Part shown: in pieces, positions 13,021-23,969 of the stretch | Layout of the letters: the number at the start of each line of letters is the position of its first letter | How positions within the stretch are numbered: position 1 is the stretch's first letter | Source of the DNA: Schmidtea polychroa | Taxonomy: Eukaryota | NCBI GenBank assembly: GCA_044892525.1 | Contig: CM097887.1 | Span: 112,694,397 to 112,758,396, forward strand | Direction: 5' to 3' | Length of the DNA: 64,000 nt | Notes under the pieces: generated by a model | The model's input: the letters and a program-made list of their open reading frames with translations, nothing else | Databases searched by the model: none | What the model was told of the DNA's origin: nothing | Translations under genes and position numbers: made by a program

Positions 13021-13760
13021 AGAAGAGGCATTGGAAATTTATTACGAAAATCCATCAATGAATCAGTTCTGTGTGTCCAAACGCGGATTTGTAAAGATTT
13101 TAGCGTTGGCTCAATATCAAGCCAATAACAAATACAAACTAATAACGATTCAGTTCCCACCGAAATTCATCACAGCGGCTTCTTTAAAATCTATGTACAT
13201 TAAAATCGAATCCGACAATGCGATGGAACAAAGGAAACATATATGCGGAAAGCTTGACGAACTGCATGCATGTGATTGGAAACGAAAGCTGTGGGGACGA
13301 AAATTACATTTATGGAAAGCGGACTAAGACCAATTATATTATTTGTGGATCTGTTTTTTTTGCATGGAAAATTATTTGCGCTACTTACCGGAATTTGCGA
13401 ATGGAGGTAATTCGATTGGAGCTTCAGAACGATATGAAACTAATTGGAGCTCTAGTATCGAATGGAAACGTGTAAAGAAATCAAATATGAAAGATTCGAA
13501 GATTAATTGAAAATGTTCCTGGGATTTGGTGGAGAAATTAATATAGATTTATATTTTAGGTATTTTGCTTATCAGTATTTAATTTGTGTTTAGATTTTCA
13601 ATATTTTTAAAATCAACTTTGGCGATGCCATCATTTTGTTTGAATGTATTTCTGGTTGAATTTTCTTATTTGGATCAGATATAATATTTGACACGTTAGA
13701 TGAAATGAGATTTAAAACTATCTGTCATTAAGAACCAACATAATTTTTAAAATTGGCAGT
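13021..13760. other. Unrelated ~740 bp segment replacing the DAS..GAVL motif of RNase H
   Basis: pol reads QFIVMT, breaks, and resumes at QEEEKGKDYVIAYAS. Confidence 0.6.
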
Positions 13761-13886
13761 CGTGACATCATACCTCAAGAAGAGGAAAAAGGTAAAGACT
13801 ATGTAATAGCTTATGCAAGTAAGACATTAAAAGGAGCACAGATTAGGTACTCAACAATTGAAAGAGTGTTATGCTATAGTTTTTGC

Positions 13887-14059
13887 NNNNNNNNNNNNNN
13901 NNNNNNNNNNNNNNNNNNNNNNNNNNNNNNNNNNNNNNNNNNNNNNNNNNNNNNNNNNNNNNNNNNNNNNNNNNNNNNNNNNNNNNNNNNNNNNNNNNNN
14001 NNNNNNNNNNNNNNNNNNNNNNNNNNNNNNNNNNNNNNNNNNNNNNNNNNNNNNNNNNN
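13887..14059. other. Assembly gap (173 N)
   Basis: Run of n characters inside the RNase H region. Confidence 1.
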
Positions 14060-14582
14060 ATAAAGATACGTCGAGTAGATTATTAAAATGGGCAATGAAG
14101 ATACAAGATATGAACATAAAAATTGCATACAAACCAGGTAGAATAAACCGAAATCCAGATGCACTATCACGAATTCCTGAGTTAGGAGCACTTGAAGTAT
14201 TTGTACCAATAACAGAAAAACCCATAGAGATATACGAGGAACAGATGAGAGACCCGGAACTCTTCAAGATAAGAGAGAAAATAAAAGGGGGAACTAATCA
14301 GAAGTATAAAATTTGTAAAAAAGTGATTGTCATTGAAGACTTTAGCGGTAAACAGTTAATAGTAGTACCACAAAGACAAATTCTTTTAGTACAATATCAT
14401 GATGGAGATTTAGGGGGTCATTTATCAAGTAGGAAAACAGCAAAACCACCAAATTAGCAAGACCATTCAAAGGACCATACGAGGTAGTGAAAGTCGTACA
14501 AGAGAATTTACACCTACAAAAACATAAAAACGAGGATCCCATAATAGTACATGTTAATAGATGAAAGTGAGAAGAAACAGAG

Positions 14583-15464
14583 TTGATAGAGAAACCTTCT
14601 CACAAGTATGGGTTACGATCACAAAAGGCACTAATGATGGCAGTAACATTTTTGAGAATTATAGGGTTGTGTAGACCAAGTGAAATTGAAAATAAAAACA
14701 TGCACTCAGTAGAGCACATGGCCGAAGATATTTTAATCAACATCGCATCACATCAGATTAAAGTATATAACCTAAATAAATCACCAATAAGGAATCTATA
14801 TCTAGAAACGAGAGACAATATACCCAAACTTATGAAAAAGATTGAGAATAAATCTACTAATGAATTTAAAAGAGGAGATATCGTTGAATTTATAAAGTTA
14901 CAACCTAATACTAGTTACACACTTGGTGCACAATGGGATACGATGGTTGACACATCACAAGTATGGTGTAAAAGGATAAAAACAAACATAGATAAACCTA
15001 TAGACAACACCATATCAACAACTATTATAACAACAACTACTACAAATTCAATATCCCAAACCTTACCTCAATTTCAACAGTCGGTACAAACAATAACAAA
15101 CACAGATAGAGAAACGATGTATAAAGCTGTTAGATATATATACAAAGAATCGATGATGGTAACGCCAAGACTATTTGATAAATACCTGATAAAACTACCT
15201 ACGGGGAAACCAATAATTATTAATAACTGGGATGAACTAAGAGCATTTCAAGTAAAACCTACTAAACCACGATGGCCTTTCTATGTAATTTCATCAAGCA
15301 TTTTAGCATTAAGTATTTTAGCTATTATCACCAGTGTTCAAGTGTATAAAAAATACAAATGGAAAAGGCAGCGGTATCGGTACCGACTGGTCAGAAATGT
15401 ACCAGGGCATTTTCATTTGGATAAGTATAGGTCAGGACAATACACAATGTCCTCATTGGTTTAA
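14583..15464 (+). CDS. Post-integrase type I membrane protein: signal-like segment, FN3-like domain, Thr-rich stalk, TM, basic tail
   Basis: Follows HKYGLRS (typical gypsy pol end); FIKLQPNTSYTL matches the FN3 L-x-P-x-T-x-Y signature; TTIITTTTT stalk; TM WPFYVISSSILALSILAIITSV then KKYKWKR. Confidence 0.65.
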   Translation: MIEKPSHKYGLRSQKALMMAVTFLRIIGLCRPSEIENKNMHSVEHMAEDILINIASHQIKVYNLNKSPIRNLYLETRDNIPKLMKKIENKSTNEFKRGDIVEFIKLQPNTSYTLGAQWDTMVDTSQVWCKRIKTNIDKPIDNTISTTIITTTTTNSISQTLPQFQQSVQTITNTDRETMYKAVRYIYKESMMVTPRLFDKYLIKLPTGKPIIINNWDELRAFQVKPTKPRWPFYVISSSILALSILAIITSVQVYKKYKWKRQRYRYRLVRNVPGHFHLDKYRSGQYTMSSLV

Positions 15465-15578
15465 AAATAATGTAAACAATTTCTATTGGTCAATGATAAG
15501 ATTTAAACTCACATATATTAATATTATTATTTATATTGAAGCGTATAAGGTAAAGCCTCAAATGCGCTGTAAATATGT

Positions 15579-17467
15579 ATGTATATTGTCTTTTTAGAAA
15601 AATTCAATCCAACAATATCAGAATCAATCCCAAACAATTCAACCCTATGCAACGTCCAGTCCAACAATACAAAAATCTACAAAATAAAATCACCAATCAC
15701 CATCAGAAGTTTCCCTAACCAGGTCTGCATACCTAACGAAATGAAGTGCGAAATCGAAGAAAGAGAAATGCACTTAGTCAAATTTAATGAAGCCCGAAGA
15801 ATAAAGCTGAGAGATATAATAGGCACCTATGATACGTTCGAAAATGCAGACAGCAGCAAGTGAAGGAAGAAAAGTCCCACGTAGAATGCTGTTCCACATG
15901 ACCAGAACTGAGGTCTCATTATGTCAACAACAAATTCCAATCATAACAACGAGCAACTGCACGGTGGTGATCAAGACAATGAAAACTAATCGAAGCGTAC
16001 CAAACGATTTCAACAATTTGGTCATTCAAATGAACAACTTACCCTGTGTGATGGCAATAGAAATTCTATACGTTCCAACTATACCCAACCCTTTCAAAGA
16101 ATTAGATATGATACAGTCAGAAATCATAATACATGAAGATTTCATCTCAAAACGAATGTCATTCACACATCAGCAGTTGTCAATCCCCGAAAGACAAAGA
16201 GCAATCATGTTCGTCGATGTCAAAGAGGTATGTGACATCAACAACAATCTTAGACCAGTCGAGATATACATTAGAAATTTTAGAGGGAAAATTGTGTACA
16301 ATAAAAAGGTGACTCCACGCACCAAAATCCAACACTATTACCCAGAAAAGACAAGAGCAGACAGAGATTCGATAAGAGGAAATGAAGATGAATATCAAGC
16401 ACTAATCGATATACAGAAGCTGCTACTAGGAAAAATCATTGTGGGATACGAAATAATAAAGAAACTCAAGACGTTGACATTAGATCTGTACAATGTCATG
16501 GGAGTCAGAGAGTTAGCTGAAGATGTGTTCATGTGTTCATTTGTAAAAAATGTAGCACCACACAGAATCAAATTGTCAAATCTCGCATATAAAGTAATCG
16601 CAGCACACCCAAAATGGAAGAAAGACAAAGCAATCAACAACATCCTCAAAAAACCCGAACCATTCTTAGCAGAAGATACAACATTAATCGCAAAAGTCAT
16701 TTACCTCATAGTCGAAAAGCAATGGGAAGAAGTCATAAGGTGGGACATGACAGCATTCCAAAAGGATAATAATGGCCATCAACTCATTCCAATAGAAGAA
16801 AACAGCGATGAGTCAGAGGAATTTGAGGAAGATATATATATCGAACCCTCACAAAGAGAATTAAAATTCAATAAAGACGGAAGCAGACGTACCTTTGAAG
16901 ATGAACTAATGGACAGTGATGATGATATCATATTCGTCAAGGAGGACAAAAAACCACAATCAATCACAATCAAGGAAGAACCTCAGGCATCAAGTAGATC
17001 CACGATGTGATTTGGACTCGGATGAAGAATATTTCTCACCGGACGAAGCAATGCAGGTAGATGACGAACTAGGACCAGAGCCAAATGTCGAGTTGGAGGA
17101 GCCAAATTTCATCATTAAAGAGGGAAGATCCACTATTTCGGAAAAGGAAATACACCAACACTTCGGTAGACGAATTATTGATGGTGATGTGTTGAAATTG
17201 GCATTGAAAAAAGGATTTCAGAGGGCAACAATGTACATAAACGGCTGTGAAATAGAATTGGTCCTCATCGATAAAGGTAATGAGGACATTACTTTATCGG
17301 CCCTAGGAGTGTTGGATGACAGAGGAAGGAGAATTAAAGAATTTGAGCTGACCCACTATTATAGAACGGCCAGCAACAAATTTAGAGTAAACATATATGT
17401 GGAGCCTAAACAATCAAATCAGCCAGATGAGCCAGATCCTTCAAACAATTCAAAACATTTATATTGA
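15579..17467 (+). pseudogene. Accessory ORF (two frameshifts) containing a REXO4/ISG20-like DEDDh exonuclease domain, apparently non-catalytic, plus acidic tail
   Basis: FVDVKE..IYIRNFRGKIVYNKKVTPRTKIQHY...IQKLLLGKIIVGY...LKTL...IKLSNLA...LAEDT aligns by eye with the ISG20/REX4 pattern. Confidence 0.65.
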
Positions 17468-19849
17468 CAATTATGTGTAATAATTTACTTTATTTGTGTT
17501 GACTAAATTCATTCGTGTTATAATGTATATTTACTTTATTCATGCTGTGTTATTTATTTATCTGTACATGCTAATTACGGAAAAATTGAATGTTTATGGA
17601 GAGGCTAATAAATTTACTTTTAATGAATTGCTAACCCTGTGAGGAATCAAAGGGAAAAATAATGCTTAAGATACTTGAGAATAAATAAAACCATTACGAT
17701 TCATTTATTTAGTATTTGTTATGCAATTAATTGGATATAAAAATTTTCGCTAAAGCTTTTTATTTATAATATGGTTTTATCTATTAAACACCAAAATTTT
17801 ATAGAAATACGTACCAATTATATTTTTTAATATATATTTTGGTACAAATAATATTTATTAATCTTTGTTTCCTATGGTTTGATGATAGTGTATAATACTA
17901 CAACACTATGTTACTATGGTTTTAACTCAAAGTCCAGAGCATTGTATGCTGCGCTATATGACAACGGAAAGCTAATTTGGTTGTTTTCAACAAAGCTTAT
18001 CTTTAATTTGGGAAGAAGTGAACAGTTTCTGACAACTATAAAAAATATTTTCAAATGAGTTCATGCAAAAAACTCAACTCTTTATAAGTTAGCTTGTTCT
18101 ATAAAGCTCAATATTTTTTCAAATTTTTATTTATTCCCGAATGAAATGATTTTAAATTAAAATGTCGAACCATCGAATGTAATTGAGTTAGGGGTGTCGA
18201 AAAATCGAAATTCGTTATAAATGCAAAAATACAATTTCGTTAAATAGGCGAAAAATACTTGTAATTTGGTAAATACAAAATGAAGACTCAAAAGTACACA
18301 CATACTATGATGCTGACTTTAGTAACATACAATTAAGTTGAACTCAAAGTGATCTCAAAACATCCAGAATGAGTTCTTGTTACAATCCTAAATAAGATCC
18401 TGTGAAAAAATTATGCACAAGGCTAACCTCTAATTATAACAATATTAAGTTCTTCAAAAATGAACTTCGAATGACATTTGGGTACTTTCCTGTTAATTCA
18501 TCGAAATTAAATTTTTTATTATTCAATTTATATGTCAATATTAATTTGCGATAAAATAACTATTTGACTTTAACCTAATGAAAGCAGTAAATAATTTTTT
18601 ACAAAAGCACGACGTTGTGCGAAAAATCGTCTTTGTGGGTTTAAAGCAAATGGATCGACATGATCGTTGGAGTTTCCACCGAGATACTTGCAAGCAAGAC
18701 AGTCTTGTATGGAAATGGACGTGGCAGCAGGGGTCACGACTAACATACAGACAAATGATGCTTTTCATATATTGCTAATCAAAGGAGTTAACTAGAATAT
18801 CATCCTATTAATCAGAATTGAAATGTTGCTCATTTTCACTGCTAATTAATTTAGTTATCCTCGGCTAATCAAAAACAACCTTTGAAATCGACAATGGCCT
18901 CTTCACAAGACAAAAAAAAGATTTCTGTCGAGCGACCTTTACCGTGAGTTTAATGAATGTGTAATGCTCTATATAGATAAGCGATAATATACTTAAAGGA
19001 ACAACAGCTATTTCAGATAAATTACGTCTATACAATTCTATAATAATACTTTCAAGTTGCAAACCTCTTATAGTTAATCAATATTTGAAATTTAAATACC
19101 AGCACTGGTATAAATACACAAAAGATAGAGAAGTCTTGGAAAACAGTTATGAACGCAAAAAACGTCACATATCGAATTCATTTATGCCGAAAAAAAATAA
19201 AGTTCGTCAATTGAATATATTCGAAGCTGTTTTGCATAATCATTGTAAATTCTATAATAATACTTTCACTTAATAAAGACTTATTTTGTATTAATATGCC
19301 ATTATATAAATCTTAATAAATAATTAACAGGTACAGCTATATATTGTAATAATCGCTTAGCAACTTATAAAATTGCAGTGAAGCCACGTTATCAAAAAAA
19401 CACCAATCCATATATTTCTTATGTTACACTAGAATTAATTCTCGAAACAAAATACATGAATATTAAAAGAATAATTTATTAAGATGCCTTACGGAACATA
19501 TGTATCAATCGATGAAAGTGAAATTGATGCGATTAAAATATTTTGGCTATAGTGAACTATATTATTAAGAGGTACTGATTTTTATAACTAAATTTTAATC
19601 AAAAATTAATTTAAAAAATAACAAAATTGCAAATACTTGTTTGTCTTAACTATTTAAAAAATATTCTGTACTCATTTTGACCTTTATTGCTTCATAGAGA
19701 ATAATATTATAAAAAAATATTATTAATTAAGCATGTATTTTTAATAAGCATGTAGAATTAAAGACAATAAAATGGTTAATCCAAAAAAAATTTAATAAAA
19801 CCAGTTATTTGCGAAAAGTGTGGAAATTTCTGTGAATTAAAAATATTGT

Positions 19850-20590
19850 AAGATATAAATGGATTTGTTTAGGATTGTATCAGCCAAAAAGAAAGTGGCA
19901 AACATTATTTCAAAAAAGGTATCACAGCAGGAAGTTTCTTTGAAAATTAAAAAATATCATTGTATAAAATATCGATAATAATGTTTGAATGGAGTTTTGA
20001 AATACCAGTTAAGTGTGTTATGCTTAAAACTGGCCTAAGTAATAAAACTATAATTCAATAATATTGTTATTTTCGTGATGTGTGTTCGCATTGGTTACTT
20101 TTAAACCTTATTATGTTTGGTCGTTCAACAAATCGAAAATTGTAAAACTATCGGGGATATGCTAGGTGAAAAGTGGATGTTCAGTATCTGGGATTAGGAA
20201 ATGGGATTAATTTATCTAGAACTCGTGCATAATAGAAAATTAATTACACTTTTTCCGACATTGCAAAGATTTGTTGTTGTGGGAACTACAATATGGTCTG
20301 ATGAGTATTCAACATATACTGGCGGTCCGAATTATCCACCAGGTATTGAATCGCCATGGCATTTTTGGGTCCTTTTAATCACTATGTTTTATTTCATTTC
20401 CTAAAATTTCAAAATTATCAAATAATGTTGAAGAGATTTGGAGTTCGGCCAAGCGAAAATTTAAATATATGTATAGAATCATTGAAAATATGTTTGCAAG
20501 CTATCTAGATAAATGGATGCGGAGAAAAAGAGTTTCAACAACAAGAAACATTTTTGATGCTATTATATTACATATATCTGAGTGGTATGT
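19850..20590 (+). mobile_element. Merlin (IS1595/ISXO2-like) transposase pseudogene
   Basis: ELVHNRKLITLFPTLQRFVVVGTTIWSDEYSTY and NNVE..WSSAKRK...YLDKWMRRKR motifs in broken frames. Confidence 0.75.
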
Positions 20591-21349
20591 AATTTTAAAA
20601 TAATTTAACTGTTTTATTTTTGCTCTTATTTTATATTATTTTAATTTATTTATTGGTTTTTTTTAATTAAATTTTTATTTACCTCTATTCAATAAAGCCA
20701 ATATTTTATATCAAACGATGAAATTAATTTGGAAAATAAATTACTATTGTGTTAATAAATTCACCTTTCCTTTGTATTAAAACATCATTACCTTAAAAGT
20801 GTTTCAAACTCTAATATGACAGAAAGCTAAAAAGTAAATTGTAGAATATCAGTATGTGAACTTGTCGAAACTAATTCAACTTGTATACCAGAGATTTGTT
20901 TATTAACATTCTCTTTTGTTATTACTGGACCGTATGACTTCAATGTAAATCATCATAACTTTATTGATAAACATCGAGCAAATATGGGAGATCATTGTGT
21001 GATGGGAAAGAATAACGCACATCTTCCATTCATATTCCCAGTCACTTTGGAAACATTGAAAATATTCTTAACTCCAGAATCCCATCCAATAATGTATGCT
21101 GTCAATAATATAAATGTACCCAATTTTCACGATGAAAAATCAATTTCATGAATTTACGTATTAACGATATTGGAATTTGTGTAAATGATTTTAGGTCATA
21201 AAACATAATCCAAATATTGATAGTTTTGCTTTAGTCATTATTTTTAGCATACCTATTCTTAACTATAATTAACATTTTTTAAATAAATAATGTTCAAAAA
21301 ATCGTACATAATATAAATTATTTTAATAAAAATGATATTAATAATTTAA

Positions 21350-21884
21350 GAATTACCTTTGTGTTGAGTTCGTGGCCTAATAAATTCAAATTTTCAATTT
21401 TCCTTTCCCTAATCGGCTTGCGAGTTTCACTTTTAGCAGTTGAAGTTTTATCATCCCTTTTTATTCTACTTGTCCGTGTAACAAATAAATGTTGATCATT
21501 GGATGTAGTTTTTATTTCTTTCTTACAAATGATTTCACGTGTGTCTGCTTTCCCATTAGATACATAAGAAGTCCCTTTATTTTTTAATCGCTTGTATTTT
21601 TCATTTTCTGAATCATTACTAGTGGACAAATGTTTAATATTTTTATCCTTGATGGTAGTTTGAGAATTATCATATTTATGAGAACCAAAATTTTGAAGAA
21701 ATTCATTTAAATGAATTTTGATTTGCTGATTTTGAATTGATTTAATCAAATCGAAATCAAAGGATAATTCAAGCACTAAATTGCGTTTGTCAAAATTGAA
21801 TTTATTTGGTTGCGAAAAGCTTTTATAAAATCCAATCGTTTGATCAAATTTAGAAGGAGAATAGAATGATAACTTCTTTAGCAT
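21350..21884 (-). CDS. Possible exon of an unidentified spliced gene (Lys/Ser-rich)
   Basis: 188 aa open frame that runs into an AAAG|GTAATT donor-like site at ~21357; no recognisable domain. Confidence 0.25.
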
Positions 21885-22636
21885 TAGTCAATAAATTTAA
21901 AATCTTAAGAAATCTATTACTTTGTCATTGTCGTCTTCTGCTCCTACTTTATGCAAATTAGGACAGTGATATACAGAATTGGGGAATGTTGTAATAGATT
22001 GCTTTATTCCTATTCATTTATAATTAAAAGTTTTGTCATTTACAATTAATTGCATGTTACCTGAATTGATAAAACGGAACATAATTTAATGAAATTGAGT
22101 CCGAATATCGCTTAAATTTATTACATAAAATTAAACACTATTATACCTGATATTTAAAGTACGATGTTTAAAGAAATGTTCAATTGCAATAATGTAATGT
22201 TACAGAAACTAGACCCACAATTTGTAAATCATAATTTTTAGACATATTTAAACAACAATTGCTTTTCAGTCATATTGAAATGAAACGTATGTGAAAATAT
22301 TATTTATTACATTTGATTTTTAAATAGAATGAATTTTAAAAATAACCATTAAAGAACCAGAAAAAAATAACAGTATGAAAAAGTTTTTATTTAAGAATTT
22401 TGATTTAATTTCTTTTTTAAATTATTACGTTATACATTTAGTACAATTTTTTAATGTCTTTAGATATGGTGGGTTACAGGCCTCACTGATAAGAGAGCGG
22501 TGCAGGGACACAAATCATCGGGGCCCACAATATAATCATACTTGGTTTTTTATATAATTAAATAATTTTAAAAATCTAAGTTTGTGATAATTATGGTTTA
22601 TATGTATCATGGCATTTCATAAGTAATAAATAAGAT

Positions 22637-22751
22637 AGTTATGTAAAGTTTTGTTTAAATAATATTCGTTGTAGCGTGTTTTTGAAAAATATATTTTATT
22701 GAATTATTATTGATTTATTTTATGAATTTAGAAGTTGAAGACATCATAACT
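22637..22751 (+). repeat. 5' LTR (115 bp, AGTTATG...CATAACT)
   Basis: Matches 27084-27195; 7 bp terminal inverted repeat. Confidence 0.95.
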
Positions 22752-22763
22752 GGCGACCACGCC
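22751..22763 (+). promoter_or_regulatory. Primer binding site TGGCGACCACGCC, overlapping the last LTR base
   Basis: TGG start directly at the LTR end; tRNA identity (possibly Ser) not verified. Confidence 0.8.
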
Positions 22764-22805
22764 AAGGAAATCAATGCGATAGGGAAAAAGAAAGGAACTA
22801 AGAAT

Positions 22806-23969
22806 ATGTTAGATTCCTTGTCAAAACAAGCACGTGAGATGCTAAATTTTAATGTAAGAAAGTTTGACGGAAAAGTTGGATCTGAAGCCGAACTTTGGCT
22901 AAAGGATATTATGGAATGGCTGAGAATAGAAGATCAAAGTCTAGTAGACGCATTGGATCTTTTGTTGACAGATGCGGCATCGATGTTATGGGATGCGGCG
23001 AAAATGGCGAAGATGACCGATGAAATGGCAAAAGAGTGGTTTATAGAAACTTTTACAGTAAGGAAACCCATTACTAACAAGATTGTGGAACTAGCTCAAA
23101 TTCAGCAAGAGAGAGATGAAAGATTCCAAGTCTTCGAAATACGAGTAAGAAGTTTAGTTAAAAGTGTATTTAGCTCTGTAATGTCTGATGAACAGATTGT
23201 TCGAGACATTATTTCAAACAGAGCGAAAGACGATAGAGTAAAAGAAATATTCTTATCAGGGAAAGTGACAAGTTTTGAAGATGCCAGGGATATGGCAAAA
23301 ATTCAGGAGAAGATCGAGATGACGAATGACAATAAATTCAATATTGATGCCATAAGAAGAGACTCTTAAGCATCAGTGATGAAAAATGGAAAATTCGAGG
23401 GTAGACGAGACCAAAGAACAATTGTGAAGACAACTGCACATCAACGCGACGAACACCGAGAGATTAATCATGAGAGGAATAGACCTGGTAATGGTCGGTT
23501 TGTACCAATTGTAAATGAAGACAAGAATGAAAATGAGCGGTATAGAGGACGATATGAGACAGGAGAACCAGAGAGAAGAATACCTACAGTATCGCTTAAA
23601 GATATTGCAAGAAGGTTATTTAATGACAGCAAGGGAAGAGATTCGCCTCATCCAGTGAAACTAACACCAGGTCAGTGTTTTTGTTGTGGAGAAAAAGGGC
23701 ACCCGCGTTTTGAATGTCCTATGAAAGACAAATGTCTAATCTGTGGAAAAGAAGGTCATGGATTCAGAGATTGTTTTTTGCTTAAAAATAGAAATGGATA
23801 TCAGAAGAGAGTGGCATGTATTTACGAAGAAGATCACGAAAGAAATAATGGTGATTTCACAGAAGATTTATACAGTAATTACGAAGAAACGATAAAAAAA
23901 TCAATGGATAAACCAAAAAACAAGGACGATCCCATTGCTTTCATTTCGTCAGTGGGGTCGACACAATAA
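22806..23969 (+). pseudogene. gag: gag with two CCHC knuckles and one in-frame TAA (23367-69)
   Basis: KFDGKVGSEAELWL capsid motif; CFCCGEKGHPRFEC and CLICGKEGHGFRDC; both ORF pieces are in the same frame. Start codon approximate. Confidence 0.9.

Larger units (their letters stand above)
11219..14570 (+). pseudogene. pol: pol: protease, dUTPase-like spacer, RT, RNase H, integrase with catalytic core deleted
   Basis: LCDTGAAAS; RMCIDYRKLN; LPFGLTNAPATFQ; YMDD; IAYASKTL; HDGDLGGH joined directly to GPYEV at ~14440. Confidence 0.93.
5651..17467 (+). mobile_element. Large decayed Ty3/gypsy retroelement: gag - glycoprotein - PR/RT/RH/IN - accessory ORFs; 5' end truncated, LTRs not identified
   Basis: Collinear same-strand A-rich coding blocks with gag capsid, CCHC, chuvirus-like G, LCDTGA protease, YMDD RT, RNase H, partial integrase with GPY, then two extra ORFs. 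Confidence 0.85.

Noticed and set aside
13866-14209. ORFs containing X runs
   Set aside because: Artefacts of the N gap.
17470-19800. Short ORFs at 18541-19273
   Set aside because: No recognisable motifs and lengths expected by chance.
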